NCBI GenBank assembly: GCA_900088475.1
Contig: FLMG01000135.1
Coordinates: forward strand, 124,001 to 188,000
DNA: 64,000 nucleotides
Direction of reading: 5' to 3'
From: Hyphochytrium catenoides
Lineage: Eukaryota > Protista > Hyphochytriomycota
Positions 25,801 through 37,178 of the stretch are shown one piece after another. Below the pieces are notes generated by a model, which saw only the letters and a program-made list of their open reading frames with translations, did not search any database and was not told the origin of the DNA. The position numbers and the translations under genes are program-made. Positions within the stretch are counted from its first letter, which is position 1, and the number at the start of each line of letters is the position of its first letter.

Positions 25801-26389
25801 CCAGAACCTAGCGAGGAGAAGAATGAGGAGAAGGCACTAGCGTCCGACCGTAGGGCGAGCTGATGTCCACCTCTTTCTCAGTCTTTTTCCTGTCGTTGAC
25901 GGACCACTGGGAGTCACTTTTCTTGGCAGCATCGTCTCTGAACACTCGTCGGATGGTCTTGTTCCCAGCTGGGTCATAAATCTCAACCTGAACCGATTAA
26001 GTAGCTTGAGGAGGTCTGTTTCATAAGAACAGGGCTCTTCTTTTCTCACCTCAATGGTCGCTTCCTGGCAACCACGTCTGACAAACTTCTTTATCTCTTC
26101 TGCACGACCTAGCACCTTAGGACTGCCTCCCAAGGCCAGACATATAGCGCATACTATCGAGCTCTTGCCAGAGCCGTTAGGACCCATGACGACGTTTAGC
26201 CGTGGGCCAGGAAAAACTTCAATGTCTTCATAGGTAAGGAAATCCCTCATCAAGACACGGTAAATGCTGCAATAAATTAGTCCACAGCAAGACCGCTAAG
26301 CAAGGCTAGACTTACCTCCCTGTCCTAAATTCCTTCGACGATGCATCATTTTGCCCATTGGAATCCGCATTGTCATCGCGGAGGCCCAT
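19823..26389 (-). CDS. SMC5: Structural maintenance of chromosomes protein 5, multi-exon
   Basis: Walker A GPNGSGKSSIVCAICLALGG, IQIENLCQFLPQDRV, coiled coils, hinge, signature QSGGERAVSTILYLMALQ, Walker B VVDEINQGMDAINER and QYFLITPKLLPNL. Confidence 0.97.
25501..25606 (-). other. GC-AG intron in SMC5
   Basis: Donor AAG|GCAAGT and acceptor AAATAG|GAG join ...KERRLKK to EVDSSRG...NDRVARDVER in frame. Reading through the donor hits a stop. Confidence 0.8.
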
Positions 26390-26965
26390 GGCTCCCTCGA
26401 TTAACACGATGCTAAGGTTCTCTTTTATCCCTACAGCGTTCCGCTGTTCCAAGCTCTTCGGAATCTCTCAATGTGCTTACACTCCCCACCCTATAGCATA
26501 GCAGAGGCAGACAAAGAGAGGCGACGGACCCCCAGTCAGCGGCACCAGGAAGCGAGCTTCATGCCGATGAGAGACGCGGCATCCCTAGGAGATAGTAGTA
26601 GAAAGAGCGCCAACGACGCCCCTTTCCCGCCTTTTTCAAAATCTCTACCAGTTCCAAATACACTCTACTTGTACAAGTACTGCTGGAAAAATACTTACTT
26701 TTACTGTAAGTAGGAATAGGCCAAAGAGTTCACCCATGATGGCCGAGCTGCCAACCTCTGTCCTCAATCAGTTCCCTTGTGAAGCCCTGGTGCTGCTGGT
26801 GCTGCTGATCCCTTTCCGGTGCAGTTTTGCTTCAGTAGAGATCCTGTCTCAAACAGATCCTGCTGCCTCTTCGCTTTGCTTTGCGTCCTTCAGCAGGTCC
26901 ATCAGCAGATCAAGGATTAAAGATCAGGAAGGTGGAGAGGGACAAGCGTGTCTTGGCCATTCCTC

Positions 26966-27048
26966 TTCTTTTGCGTCAGTCATGCTGAAAATAGATAGCA
27001 AGCGCTCAATGGAGCTAGTCTGTAGCACGACCAAGACACCCTTCTTTT
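26966..27048 (-). mobile_element. Short inverted fragment of Ty1/copia reverse transcriptase
   Basis: Minus strand translates to KKGVLVVLQTSSIERLLSIFSMTDAKE, resembling the copia RT segment G.i.sQ..YI..iL.rF.M.dAK. Confidence 0.5.
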
Positions 27049-27218
27049 AGCAGGGATGATGGAGAAGGAACCGAGTAGGTAGTGCGGTCATCTTGTATCG
27101 ACTAAGAAGTTGAAAGGCTATTTGGTCCATGTCTCTTTGATCACGACTTACGATGGGCCCTTCATCCGCATAGTGGCGCGCGCTCCTTATGACCGAGCCC
27201 CCGCTGTGACATTAGTTA

Positions 27219-27996
27219 CTGATGCTAAGGAATGGCAGTCTAAGTTGATGGAAGAAGAACGGATGGCTAAACTCCTTATCGAAGTCTTTTTGAAGCATTT
27301 ATGTTCTGTTTAGTCAACTGTACTCGTCAAAAGCTGGCCTTCGTTGTTGGTCTCCTCTGTCGTTTCCCTGATCAACCTGGTCCAGAGCACTTAGAAACGG
27401 CCAGAGAGCTGCTACGTTACCTAAAAGAGAGCAAAGACTTAGCTCTTGTTCTTGACTCGTCTAACCCTCTACTACCGTTACTTCCAACTACATTACTGAT
27501 AGTGAGCTGCTCCTTTTACGACCCATTAGTGATGCAGGCTGGGCTGGGGATCTTGTTGGCAGAGAATCAACAGCCGGCCTAGTTCTTTATATCTTTTTTG
27601 TCACCGGTCCTGCTCTCTGGCGATCACGGAACCAGTCCTTGGTCACCCTTTTTTCGACTGAGGCAGAACTCATCGCGTTGACAGGCTTGATCGAAGAAGT
27701 AATTTAGCTTAAGCTCTTGATGTCATAGTTCTCCGCGACCTAAATCCTCAGATAGTCTTCGTGCATTCTCGCTCGTGATAGCGTTAACGCTATTGGGTTG
27801 GTTCTAAGGACTTCGTCTTCTCTCGTACCACCAAACATCTTGACGTGAGCTATCACTTCGTGAAGGAGAGACCGGAGATGCATGGCTCGGACTTAAAATA
27901 TCACTCAACCGATCGATGGTGGCAGACCTTCTAACTAAGCCTCTGGCGCGAGTCCAGTTTGGTACTTTGGCTAAGCAGCTTGTACGTAGGAATTAG
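27219..27996 (+). mobile_element. Decayed Ty1/copia LTR-retrotransposon pol (RT C-terminus + RNase H) with frameshifts and stops
   Basis: TPYRSL..VNCTRQKLAFVVGLLCRF..P..EHLETARELLRYLK; SDAGWAGDLVGRESTAG; WRSRNQSLVTLFSTEAELIAL; in-frame TAG where a Trp is normally conserved; RTTKHLDVSYHFVKE; ADLLTKPL. Confidence 0.92.
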
Positions 27997-28414
27997 AGAT
28001 ACAGCTCATCTCTTAGTCTCGACTTTTCTCATCTTCAATGCAAACATTCTCATCACGGACAGACTCCGCTGTCCCGCTTAGCGAAGATCACTTTCTTCAC
28101 TAACACTACTAGAGCTCAATACCTTCTCGTGACTACCTCATTATTTTTTGTGGCATCGAATCTCACAAGTAGGTATCTTCACGATTTGAGAGACCTGCTG
28201 TAGGAGACCGCGCCTGGAGAGTCACCATCTCAGTCCGCCTACACCTGGCACAGCCGTCATTTCGCTGCCAGCGAGAAGATGTCACCAGATTACCTCCATT
28301 TCCATCCACCTCATCAGTCATAGGTTTTCCTAGTGTTTGATTCTATGATGGTTCTAATCCGAGTGCATCCTCCTGTCAGCGGAGTGGTGGTGAACGCGCA
28401 GAGGATGCTCAGTG

Positions 28415-28720
28415 TGAGGGAGAGTCTTAGCTAAGGTGCACTTGTGTCTTGGTGAGAAAAAGCTTTACTGAATGAGTTATGATAGATCCTACATAACAGA
28501 GGAAGAAGGAAAGCAAGTACAATAGTATAGGAAACCAAGTACTAAAGACTGTATGGACTGTTCAATGATGAAGTGACTCTTGAGGATAAGGTGACTGTTG
28601 ACCTTAATGAGTCGACACAAAGGCAGTGACGTAAGTGCAAAGCAAACCGTAACGCCAACACATCCACCATCATCCCCGAGTAACCTTTGGCTTCAGCTAC
28701 ACTGTATTATAAAGGAGCCG
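28415..28720 (+). mobile_element. Possible polypurine tract and start of the 3' LTR of the copia remnant (right boundary uncertain)
   Basis: TGAGGGAGAG (28415-28424) followed by TCTTAG (cf. LTR start TGTTA), about 420 bp after RNase H. TATA-like TATAAAGG lies near 28708. Confidence 0.35.
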
Positions 28721-29282
28721 ACGAACTGTGACAAGGAGCTCCTAGAGATAGCTTTATAATGCTTATCGACGACTACTCATTCAGAGTAGTCCAGAGCCTG
28801 CAGCATGACACTATGACGATGAAGATCGGTTGTTGGATTCTCAAGATTATTGATGAGGAAGGATCTTACATAAACTTCAGCTGGCCTTTCAAAAGGTTCA
28901 TCGCAAGGTTTCATCATCTATTCACCGATGTAGAAAAGGGTGTTTTGAAGCTTTCAATAGGAAAATGTGAAGGTTTCTTTCCATCAGAACCTTGATGTTC
29001 TTTCTTACTCTACGAAAAGACAGGCGATGTGTTGAGAACAAAGCTTCTGATACCTTTATCACCCACGGTGGTCCCACGGTTGCTGTTCGTGAAGGACGAT
29101 TGAGGTGATGACTACAAAGATCTTTTCCTCGCGCGAAGACCTATTGGGACATTCGGCCCACTAACAGCCAAACTCCTAGCTTGTAGCGGGGGGGCGGTCG
29201 TAGTTATCCTAAGCCTCTCCCAACCTGCACTGCACCGACTTGTCTCTCAAAGCCGAGGAGTCCAAAGCCAAGACGAGGTGAG

Positions 29283-30621
29283 ATGCCGTCAGTGAGTAAA
29301 GCAGCGCTGCATCAACTTCTGAAAGCTACCGGAAGGGAGAAGTTCCACATTGAGTACGGAGGTTTCCTCTCAAACCACATCAGCCACGGTATAATCGCGT
29401 TGTACTACTTGGGAGCTACTGAAGATGTTCTAGCACGCTTCGTGGACCGGTACATTCAGCAGCATATTTCTAACGCTCCACCGCAGCTTGAAGAACAGGA
29501 AGCCGTTTCTGAGAGTTCCCTAGATCAGTGGAAGGGAGCTCGGAAAAATTTCCTCGGCGTGGCTGCCTTTTTGGAGAGAGAAAAGACGACCCTTAAATCC
29601 GTGTCTTCAGTCGTCACTAAGTATACCCCTCAGCTTCTAGACGGAGGCCATGCTTCCGCGCTGCATCCCATTATTCACCTTGGTTTTGGGCTAAAGGTGG
29701 CTGATGAAGATATGGTCGTAGACGGTCTAAGCTACATGGTATACTCATACAATCCAATGAGTACCTCACCAGAAGCTGTTCTCGAGCTCATAAAACGGCG
29801 CCAAGCTGGTACTGATGTGCAAGAAGCAAGCAACGCCAAATCTCACCAACCCACTACTCTTAGTGAAGCGCTGAGGGCGATCAAGACTTCTGGAAAATAC
29901 GATGGACTCCTTGAGCATTATACCCAACAGGAGAAGTACTCCTCTCGTGTGCCTGCGATGGGGAAGTTCCAGATGAAGCTTTCTATCCTCGCAGAAGAGG
30001 CTGACGGTCAAGACTTAATCAATCAGTACGCCGCCTGCCTTCTACCTCACATCATTGCAAAAAGTCGCGCAGGTCACTCATCCGTGGCTGACATCACGCT
30101 TGATGAAGTCATAGAAGCATATGGTCTAGCAGAGAGGGATGACTTCTTCCTGCTACATGCGGTAGGTCATTCTTGCACTAGTCATGATGGCTCCAAATTC
30201 CCTTTCTTTCACTCAACTTGCTCCATTTACCAAATAGGTTACTTCTGCCTGGGCGCTGCGCGAGATATTGAGGCATGTGCCTGAGACCCTACACATTCAA
30301 GTCATTGCGCACTTCGTACGGGTAGCCTTGGCGGTGTATGTGGTGCAAGGGATGCCCCTTATCAGAGAGAAGGCATTGGAGAGCACTGGAGAGGAGCTCC
30401 CTAGCCGGGAAGCCATAGAGGAGGCCACGCTAAAGGCAGCTCAAGTCGACGACGAGGTGGACGAACATTTGTTTAAGCTTGTTTTCGTTTGTTTAGAACG
30501 AGAACAGGAGTTGCGGAACTCCATCCTTGAGGATCAGAAAATGGAAGAATCCGAAGCGCGAAGATTGGCCGATATTGCGCGCATTGTAGCTGCAAAAAAA
30601 GCTGGACTCTTGGGCTGGTGA
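29283..30621 (+). CDS. Questin oxidase-like / HypA / DUF4243 oxidoreductase, one intron (30162-30237)
   Basis: Motifs GFLSNHISHGIIALYYLGA, ALHPIIHLGFG, DFFLLHA|VTSAWAL and DEHLFKLVFVC. Confidence 0.85.
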
Positions 30622-31756
30622 TCGATCTTACCTTTCAGGGTCACTTAAACATGAATAGTGGTCACGTACTACTAAGTAAAGGTCATAAGGCAATATTGGT
30701 CCAACGCAATTGAGCTCGTCACCACATAGGTCTTTACTCTGCATCAACTCTAGTGAGGAGCAAACCTAGAGGAAGGCAAAGTGTTATGGCTTTTACGAGT
30801 AAGGATGTTACTGGGTGTCCGGAGCGACATGGAGAAGCTTCCAACTAATAATGAGGCATCTTTGGGAGTTTGTCGTTGCTGCTGGCTTCGAAGTTAGGAC
30901 ACCGGTTTCTACCCAGTCTACGCTTTGATTGCCGCAGCTCTGGCTCAGCGAGGTACCTTGAACGAGTGCTACCTTGGACGATACAGCAATGAGATCAGCT
31001 CACGGTACAAGTATCATATCTTTGACGCTTCTCTTCCCTACAGATTGGTGGGCACGGCAGGGATGTCATCATCGCGCGTCAATGCAACCCAGCGTGGCTT
31101 TCCTCCGTCACAATGTCACAGTGCAGCTCACAGTGCTGTATCATCCTTTCCATCGACGACATAGCATCTGTTATAACCTTCCTCGTAACTCTATCTTCAA
31201 ATGATCGCGCTGTTGGATGACAGAAGCGTATCGGTTGGGCAAATATACAGAGTTCTCTCTACAGTATGAGTAGTATGGACAAAGGCCTTCTTGCCGAACC
31301 TTCGTTACTCTGTTCCTGACCTAAGGCCTTACGGACAAAATCTCTCCAGCTTCAACATTGGGATTGAAACGTTTCCCTATTCCAACTTTTAGCACCGTAA
31401 AACTCTGTTGGGCGCCAGCGAAACATTCCGCAACGAAAGATATCAAATTTGAAGCTCCCTCTCAATTGCTCAATTGACCCTTCCTTTCTTGTTTTTGTGG
31501 TGGTGTGGTGGTTGTTCGAGGTCCCGATGGTGTGGTGCTGGTATCCACTGTACTGCCATGACGGTGCAGGCAATGGGATGGTGAGAGCACGCCAGACAGA
31601 CAGCAGAAGCTTCGTCACAGTGTCAGTGAGACCATCTGCAGACGAAGCCGGAGCTCCGCAGATGCAAGTTGAGCTCTCCTCTTCATGGTATCCTAGCCTT
31701 TCAAGCTCCTTGACCTGACTTGAGGACTATATGTGGCGTCTCTGTTGGCCATAGGG

Positions 31757-34694
31757 ATGGGGAGGTCTAAACTTCTGTCCCTAGCAATGCGACAGTCTCC
31801 ACATGAGGTTGACAAAGAACGTGACAACGTAGCACTCCCAGCTCTTTGTGAAGCATTTAGGTCCATAGTTTGGTGAGCTGCTTCTCACCCTTTGCGAACT
31901 ACGGCATTTTACTAACCCGTCAACTCTCTTTATAAAGGACTAGGCAGCTGACTGTTCCCTTACTTGGCTTCTTGGTCTTTGCAAATACTCTGAGCGCGGG
32001 TTTTGTTTGGGATGACCGTGCTGCTGTTTACGCCAACCAGGATGTCTTGGGAACTCGTCCCCTGATGGAGGCCTTCAAACACGATTTTTGGGGTCAAAAC
32101 ATCACCTTACCACGAAGCCACAAGAGCTACAGGCCGCTGACCATACTCACCTTAAGGTGAAAAGATAGCCTTCATCGCGGAAATTTGATTAGAGCATGCT
32201 AATCGTGTCACACCATACAGGCTAAACTACGCTCTAAGCGGTCTGAACCCCTTCTCTTACCATCTCCTAAATGCGGTAAGCCTGGATGGGAGTTTTCATT
32301 TTGCCTTACAGCGAACTGTCGACCTAAGCACCCTGCTGCAGGCCCTTCATGCTGTGGTATGCAGCTTGGTAAGCACAGTGGCCCATCGGATTCTCAAGAG
32401 TGACGTTCAGGCCTTCTTGGCCGGCGTTATTTTTGCAGTCCACCCTGTACACTGTGATGCTGTAGCTAGCATTGTGGGTCGAGCAGACGTTCTTACAGCG
32501 GTCTTCTACCTTGGGGGCGTCCTTGTTTATGACCACTCCCTCAAGCTGGCTGGTCTGAGCCAGTGGGCAGGCTTCACTGCAGCCGTCGTCTTGGCTATTA
32601 CTGGTGAGTCAGTACGGTCAAGGGCCAACCTATCAAGGCACTAACTACTGCCGTTCGGAAATCTCTCAGGGATGCTTAGCAAAGAGTCCGGGTTCACTGC
32701 CTTCGGCATGTACTTCATAATGGAGATTCTGCACGTCACAAAGGGTAAGTTCCTCTTAGTAGGTTTCATCTTACCTATATTTAGGTCAAAGGTTAAGCTA
32801 AGATGCATTAGGTCTGCGCGACTGGAAGCCCCTCCTCGTGCTCTCTGGTAGTGCGGCGCGTCTAATAGCCTTACCGGTTATTGCAGCTGTGCTGCTCTGC
32901 GCCCGTGTAGCTATTAACGGACCGAACCGTTTCTACCCATGGTCCATCAACGAGAACCATCTATACAAGCTCCCTTTTGGCTTCACCAAAGTCCTCTCCA
33001 TCGCTCATACTCACGCGAAATACTTCTGGCTACTTTTCTGGCCAAACAAGCTCAGTTACGATTGGGGTTTCAATGAAATACCGCTGGTACTTAGGAAGGA
33101 TGACCCTCGCTTGATTGGCATAGTAACATCCTACGCTTTGGTTCTGGCCGTCCTTTTCCTTGCGCTCGCCAATCGGAACAAGAGAGTTCTCATGTCCCTG
33201 ATGTTAGGCATTCTTCCGTTCCTTCCTGCCCTGAACATCTTCATGCCTGTCGGAGCAATGGTGGCTGAGCGCCTCTTGTACTTGCCAAGTGTGGGTTTCT
33301 GTCTTCTTGCGGGATACGCCATGGGGCAAACGTTAGACAAGCTGCTGCTAAGAATTGCCTCCTCTCGAAAATCTGGAGATCACTCTGTGGCGGCTCGCTA
33401 CGTTTACTTTATGCTTGGGCTACTAAGCCTGGTGACTGTTTTATTTGGTGCTCGGACAGTGATTAGGAACTTTGACTGGCACTCGGAGAAGTCGTTGTTT
33501 GAGACGGGTTACCAAGTCGCCCCAGGGAGCATCAAGACCGCCAACAATTTAGCTCAGCGCTTTCTTCAACCCGTAGGTGCCAGTCGAGCCGCTGAGGTAA
33601 GTCCAGCGCCGGAGGGAATCCCTATCCTTTCGCAGATATCGTTCTGACTCGCCTTTACACAGATTTTGCAAAAGACAATAGCTACTCATCCATCTTATGT
33701 GGAAGGGCTCTCAAATCTTGGCTTGGCCCATATGTTCACCGCAAACTATGAATTATCAGTTCGTTACTTGGTCCGGAGTATACAATATCGCCCGGCAGAC
33801 GCTAGTGTAAGTCCATGGGTCTCTTCTATCACGCAGAGTCGAAAAACTGATGACCCGGTATCCTAGAATTTAGGTTACTTGGGCCAGTCGCTGATGTCCA
33901 TTATGCCGTCGGTAGAGCTAGTGCAGGGAAAGTCGAGTCCTGCCTATCTCAAACTCAAGCACTACGCTACATTGACTTTGGATGCATCTATCACGCATGG
34001 GAGCCGGTACCCTTTGGTTTACCATAACCGAGGAACCTTGGCCTTTGCAGATAAGCGCTACAATGACGCCATAAGGTGCGGGGAATCCCTACTTAAGCGT
34101 TTAGATGCTTACATCTAAAGTGAAAATCCTTAGATACTATGAGGCGGCTGTGAGGGCCAACGCCATGCTACAACCTATAGAGTCTGGTTTTCGCATGAGG
34201 AACTGGGAGATCGCCAATATGATTGGGCTCTGCTATATGGAACTTGGCGAACTAGACCGGGCCAGAGATGTTTTCATATCCTCTCAACTATTACTTCTCT
34301 TCCACTCTTGAATGACAATTTGCATTGTGACCCTTAACTTCTGCGTACATTGAGGGCACCAAAGAGGAGCCCACAAGTGTTCCTCTTCATCTAAATCTTG
34401 GCAGCCTTTACTGCAAGCTCAACGACTATGGTAAGTGCGTGCCACAATGTGTAACTTCGGCTTTGGTTAACAAGCAATGTCACAGCGAGTGCCATCGAAG
34501 TCGGCCGTCGGGCCCACGAGTTAGACCCAGAAGAGCCGGCGGCAATGACGAACCTTGGCTTTGCGCTTGAGAACTCGGGAGATTTGCCAGCAGCTGAAGA
34601 ATGGTACCGAAGAGCTTACGAGATGAAACCCGATCACCCTCAGATCAAGAGAAACTACGAGTGGATTCGGTCTAGACTTGCACAGCAGAGTTGA
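31757..34694 (+). CDS. TMTC: TMTC-family protein O-mannosyltransferase (GT-C/DUF1736 + TPR repeats); start codon uncertain
   Basis: GFVWDDRAAV, HDFWG, SHKSYRPLT, FAVHPVHCDAVASIVGRADVL, LSKE, LSYDW, AERLLYLPSVGFC, RNFDW, then C-terminal TPRs. Stop TGA at 34692-34694. Confidence 0.92.
34276..34348 (+). other. U12-type (minor spliceosome) AT-AC intron, 73 nt, in the TMTC TPR region
   Basis: 5' ATATCCT, branch box CCCTTAAC (34331-34338) and terminal AC. Removing it joins ARDVF to IEGTKEEPTSVPLHLNLGSLY in frame, completing a TPR. Confidence 0.9.
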
Positions 34695-36128
34695 GATTGA
34701 TTCCTGAAGCAAACCAGGGACATCAACTCTATCCTGTACAATAACATGAGTACATTAGGCAATCAAGCTGCGTGCAGGTTAGCGCTCTCACCACACCAAA
34801 CTTGACCCGCAAGCTTACAGATGCAGCTAGTCTCCACCTCTTGGTGCACTGCGTTTCTTTTCTGGTGTATCATTCATAAGGGATGCTAAAATAGCCAACC
34901 GTTCCTAGGCTTTCATCAAGGCCATTCAGTAGACGCTGTCTTTTACCAAGTAGGGTTTCCCTCAGTTCGGTGCACAGCTGGTGGCTGCCTGGGCAGGTCC
35001 TTGCTTGACTGAATGAAGGTCAACAATAGGATTAAGTGTTCGTTGCAGTGGATGTCGTGGCCGAGGCTTGAACGCTTTTGGCAGAGTTGCAGATGCATTT
35101 TTGATGGCTGACGCCTTCTATAGTCGCTCACAATGGATAGCTCTTGGACAGTGGAACGGCCCAGCACTCCTTTATAAGACTGGCAATAATCTTCACCAGA
35201 AAACATCCGCGCCGATTCATCTCTCGCCATCGTCCCCAAGTCTCTCTATCAAAGAGATAAGAAAAGGGTTCCTACCACACCAAAAGTAGACTCTTGTTGT
35301 AAAGTTTGTGTGTGGACTACCTATTATTATTCTTTACCTCCCCTACCAGGCTCTTTCAGTAGGAAGGAGATCAAGAGCTATTATATTGTAGTAATAATGA
35401 GATAGGTATGCCGCCGCTCCGTGTACAACAACAGTTAGGTTGTAGTGACCATCTTAGTCCCGCCTAAGATGATGATGATGGATCACAGAGACCGTTTCCC
35501 TATGGTTTATAAGGCGATGAGGAGGAGGACTAGAACTGGAGCCAGGCGTGTTTCTCTTCCTCAGCTTGATGTCCAATGTCTGTCTCCTTTGTTGACAATC
35601 CTTCTACCTATGCGTCCTTGTCCCTTGTCCCATCAAGCTTGCTGCCTCCTCCTTGGATGATCATCATCCCAAAGTCAGAAGTCTTCCCTTGAATGTTCTG
35701 CCATCGCTGCCTCAACAATCAGAAGCCAGATGAGGAGAAGTGATGCTTGGAGAAGAACGTAGGTAGATTATAAGAGTTCCAGACCGTAGCAACTAGTTCA
35801 ATAGCCCTATGAGCAACGCCTTGTTTGCCGACGATGTTGAAACACTTCTCTTATCCTTCTCCTGTTGCTCTGAGCACAGCAAAGGGTTGGGCCACCTCCG
35901 ACGACGACGTCACGAAACAAAGTCAACTTGTTGTGCAGGCCTGCATCATTGCCCACTCCACTGGAGGAGTGTGCACTCCACAGAATTTGTACAAGAGGAT
36001 AACCCTCAAGGTCACCTATAGGCTTGCATCACTCCCCTACTTTCCAGGTGGGTGCCACGTTACCGCCAGTTCAGGGTTCAAATTCACCCGCGGCCGTAGG
36101 AAGACACCTCACCTCGGCCAACCAAAGG

Positions 36129-37178
36129 ATGCAGCTGGCACGCATCACCGGCTCCATAGCCTTCCTGTCTACCGCTGTCTTGCTGCTAGCAGATCTTCCA
36201 GCACCTACGGTTGGCGGAAGTACTAATCAGGGTGACGACGTTTCTTCCATCCTTAGCCGGGCCAATCCTAATGCATTTGACTTCCGTCAACTTGAGGAGT
36301 TGACTGCGATGGAAGATGGCTCTATAGATACAGAAGACAATGGACCTGAAAACTTTCTTGAAGACAATATGATGGAAACTAGCAGCTCCTTGAAAGCATC
36401 CTCATTTGACAGCAGTGATGACAGCAAGTCATCCGATGGTTCGCGATCGTATGGCAGCTACCGCAAAAAGACGTGGACGTCAAAAGAGGCTTGTGCATGC
36501 GCCTGTAAGATAGTGGCCATCAACAATAACGTTAACGTTCCGGTCATGATGGGCGGAGTGAACCAGCAGCCTATTCTCACTCCGTCTAATCGTCCGCCAG
36601 TTCTAACTCCTTCTCTGAGACCACCCGTAAACAATATTCCGGTCAATAATGGGCAAATCAACCAGGTTCCTCCAGTTAATGGTCAGACTGGAGCTCTCCC
36701 AGTCAATGGGAACCCTAACAACCAGCTTCCTCCGACTGGCCAGGTCAATCAGCTCCCTCCAAATGGACAGATTAACCCGCTCCCGGCCGTTGGACAAATG
36801 CAGCAGCTCCCGCCGGTTAACGGTCAAACTAATCAGTTCCCACCACATAACCAACAAGTTATTCCCCTTGGTACACAGAGTACAACGAATGGCCAGATTC
36901 CTCCAGCCAATGGGCAGCTCAACCAAATTCCAGCTAACCAGCAGGCAGCCAATACCAATGTCAATAACCCTTTGAACGTCCAAAGGACAAACGCTATACC
37001 TCCTGCCAATCAAGGGCGACAAACAAGGTCTTTGCAGGACGCTTCTACTACGTCCACGTCCAATTTTTCAGCCACCCCATCTCAGCTCACCAATAGCCCA
37101 GTCATGACCCAAGTATGTGGTTGCGTATGCAAGGGTATCAAAGGAAAGAAGAAGAAGAAGTCATCGTACAGCTCATAA
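36129..37178 (+). CDS. Intronless predicted secreted protein with N/Q/P/G-rich repeats flanked by two CxCxC motifs
   Basis: Long open frame; hydrophobic signal-like start MQLARITGSIAFLSTAVLLLA; CACAC; about 8 (N)GQxNQLPP repeats; CGCVC; Lys-rich tail. Confidence 0.8.
   Translation: MQLARITGSIAFLSTAVLLLADLPAPTVGGSTNQGDDVSSILSRANPNAFDFRQLEELTAMEDGSIDTEDNGPENFLEDNMMETSSSLKASSFDSSDDSKSSDGSRSYGSYRKKTWTSKEACACACKIVAINNNVNVPVMMGGVNQQPILTPSNRPPVLTPSLRPPVNNIPVNNGQINQVPPVNGQTGALPVNGNPNNQLPPTGQVNQLPPNGQINPLPAVGQMQQLPPVNGQTNQFPPHNQQVIPLGTQSTTNGQIPPANGQLNQIPANQQAANTNVNNPLNVQRTNAIPPANQGRQTRSLQDASTTSTSNFSATPSQLTNSPVMTQVCGCVCKGIKGKKKKKSSYSS
36567..36945 (+). repeat. Coding tandem repeats (two PxLTPSxRP units, then 9-10 aa NGQxNQxPP units)
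   Basis: Visible in both the translation and the DNA (recurring AATGG.CAG / CAGCTCCC.CC). Confidence 0.85.

Noticed and set aside
30830-31204. Intron-like GT..CAG segment and short ORFs between the DUF4243 and TMTC genes
   Set aside because: No coherent open spliced frame or recognisable product.
31688-31724. GTATCCT...TCCTTGAC...AG upstream of TMTC resembling a tiny U12 intron
   Set aside because: It is only 37 nt, and splicing it does not join the upstream ORF to the TMTC frame.
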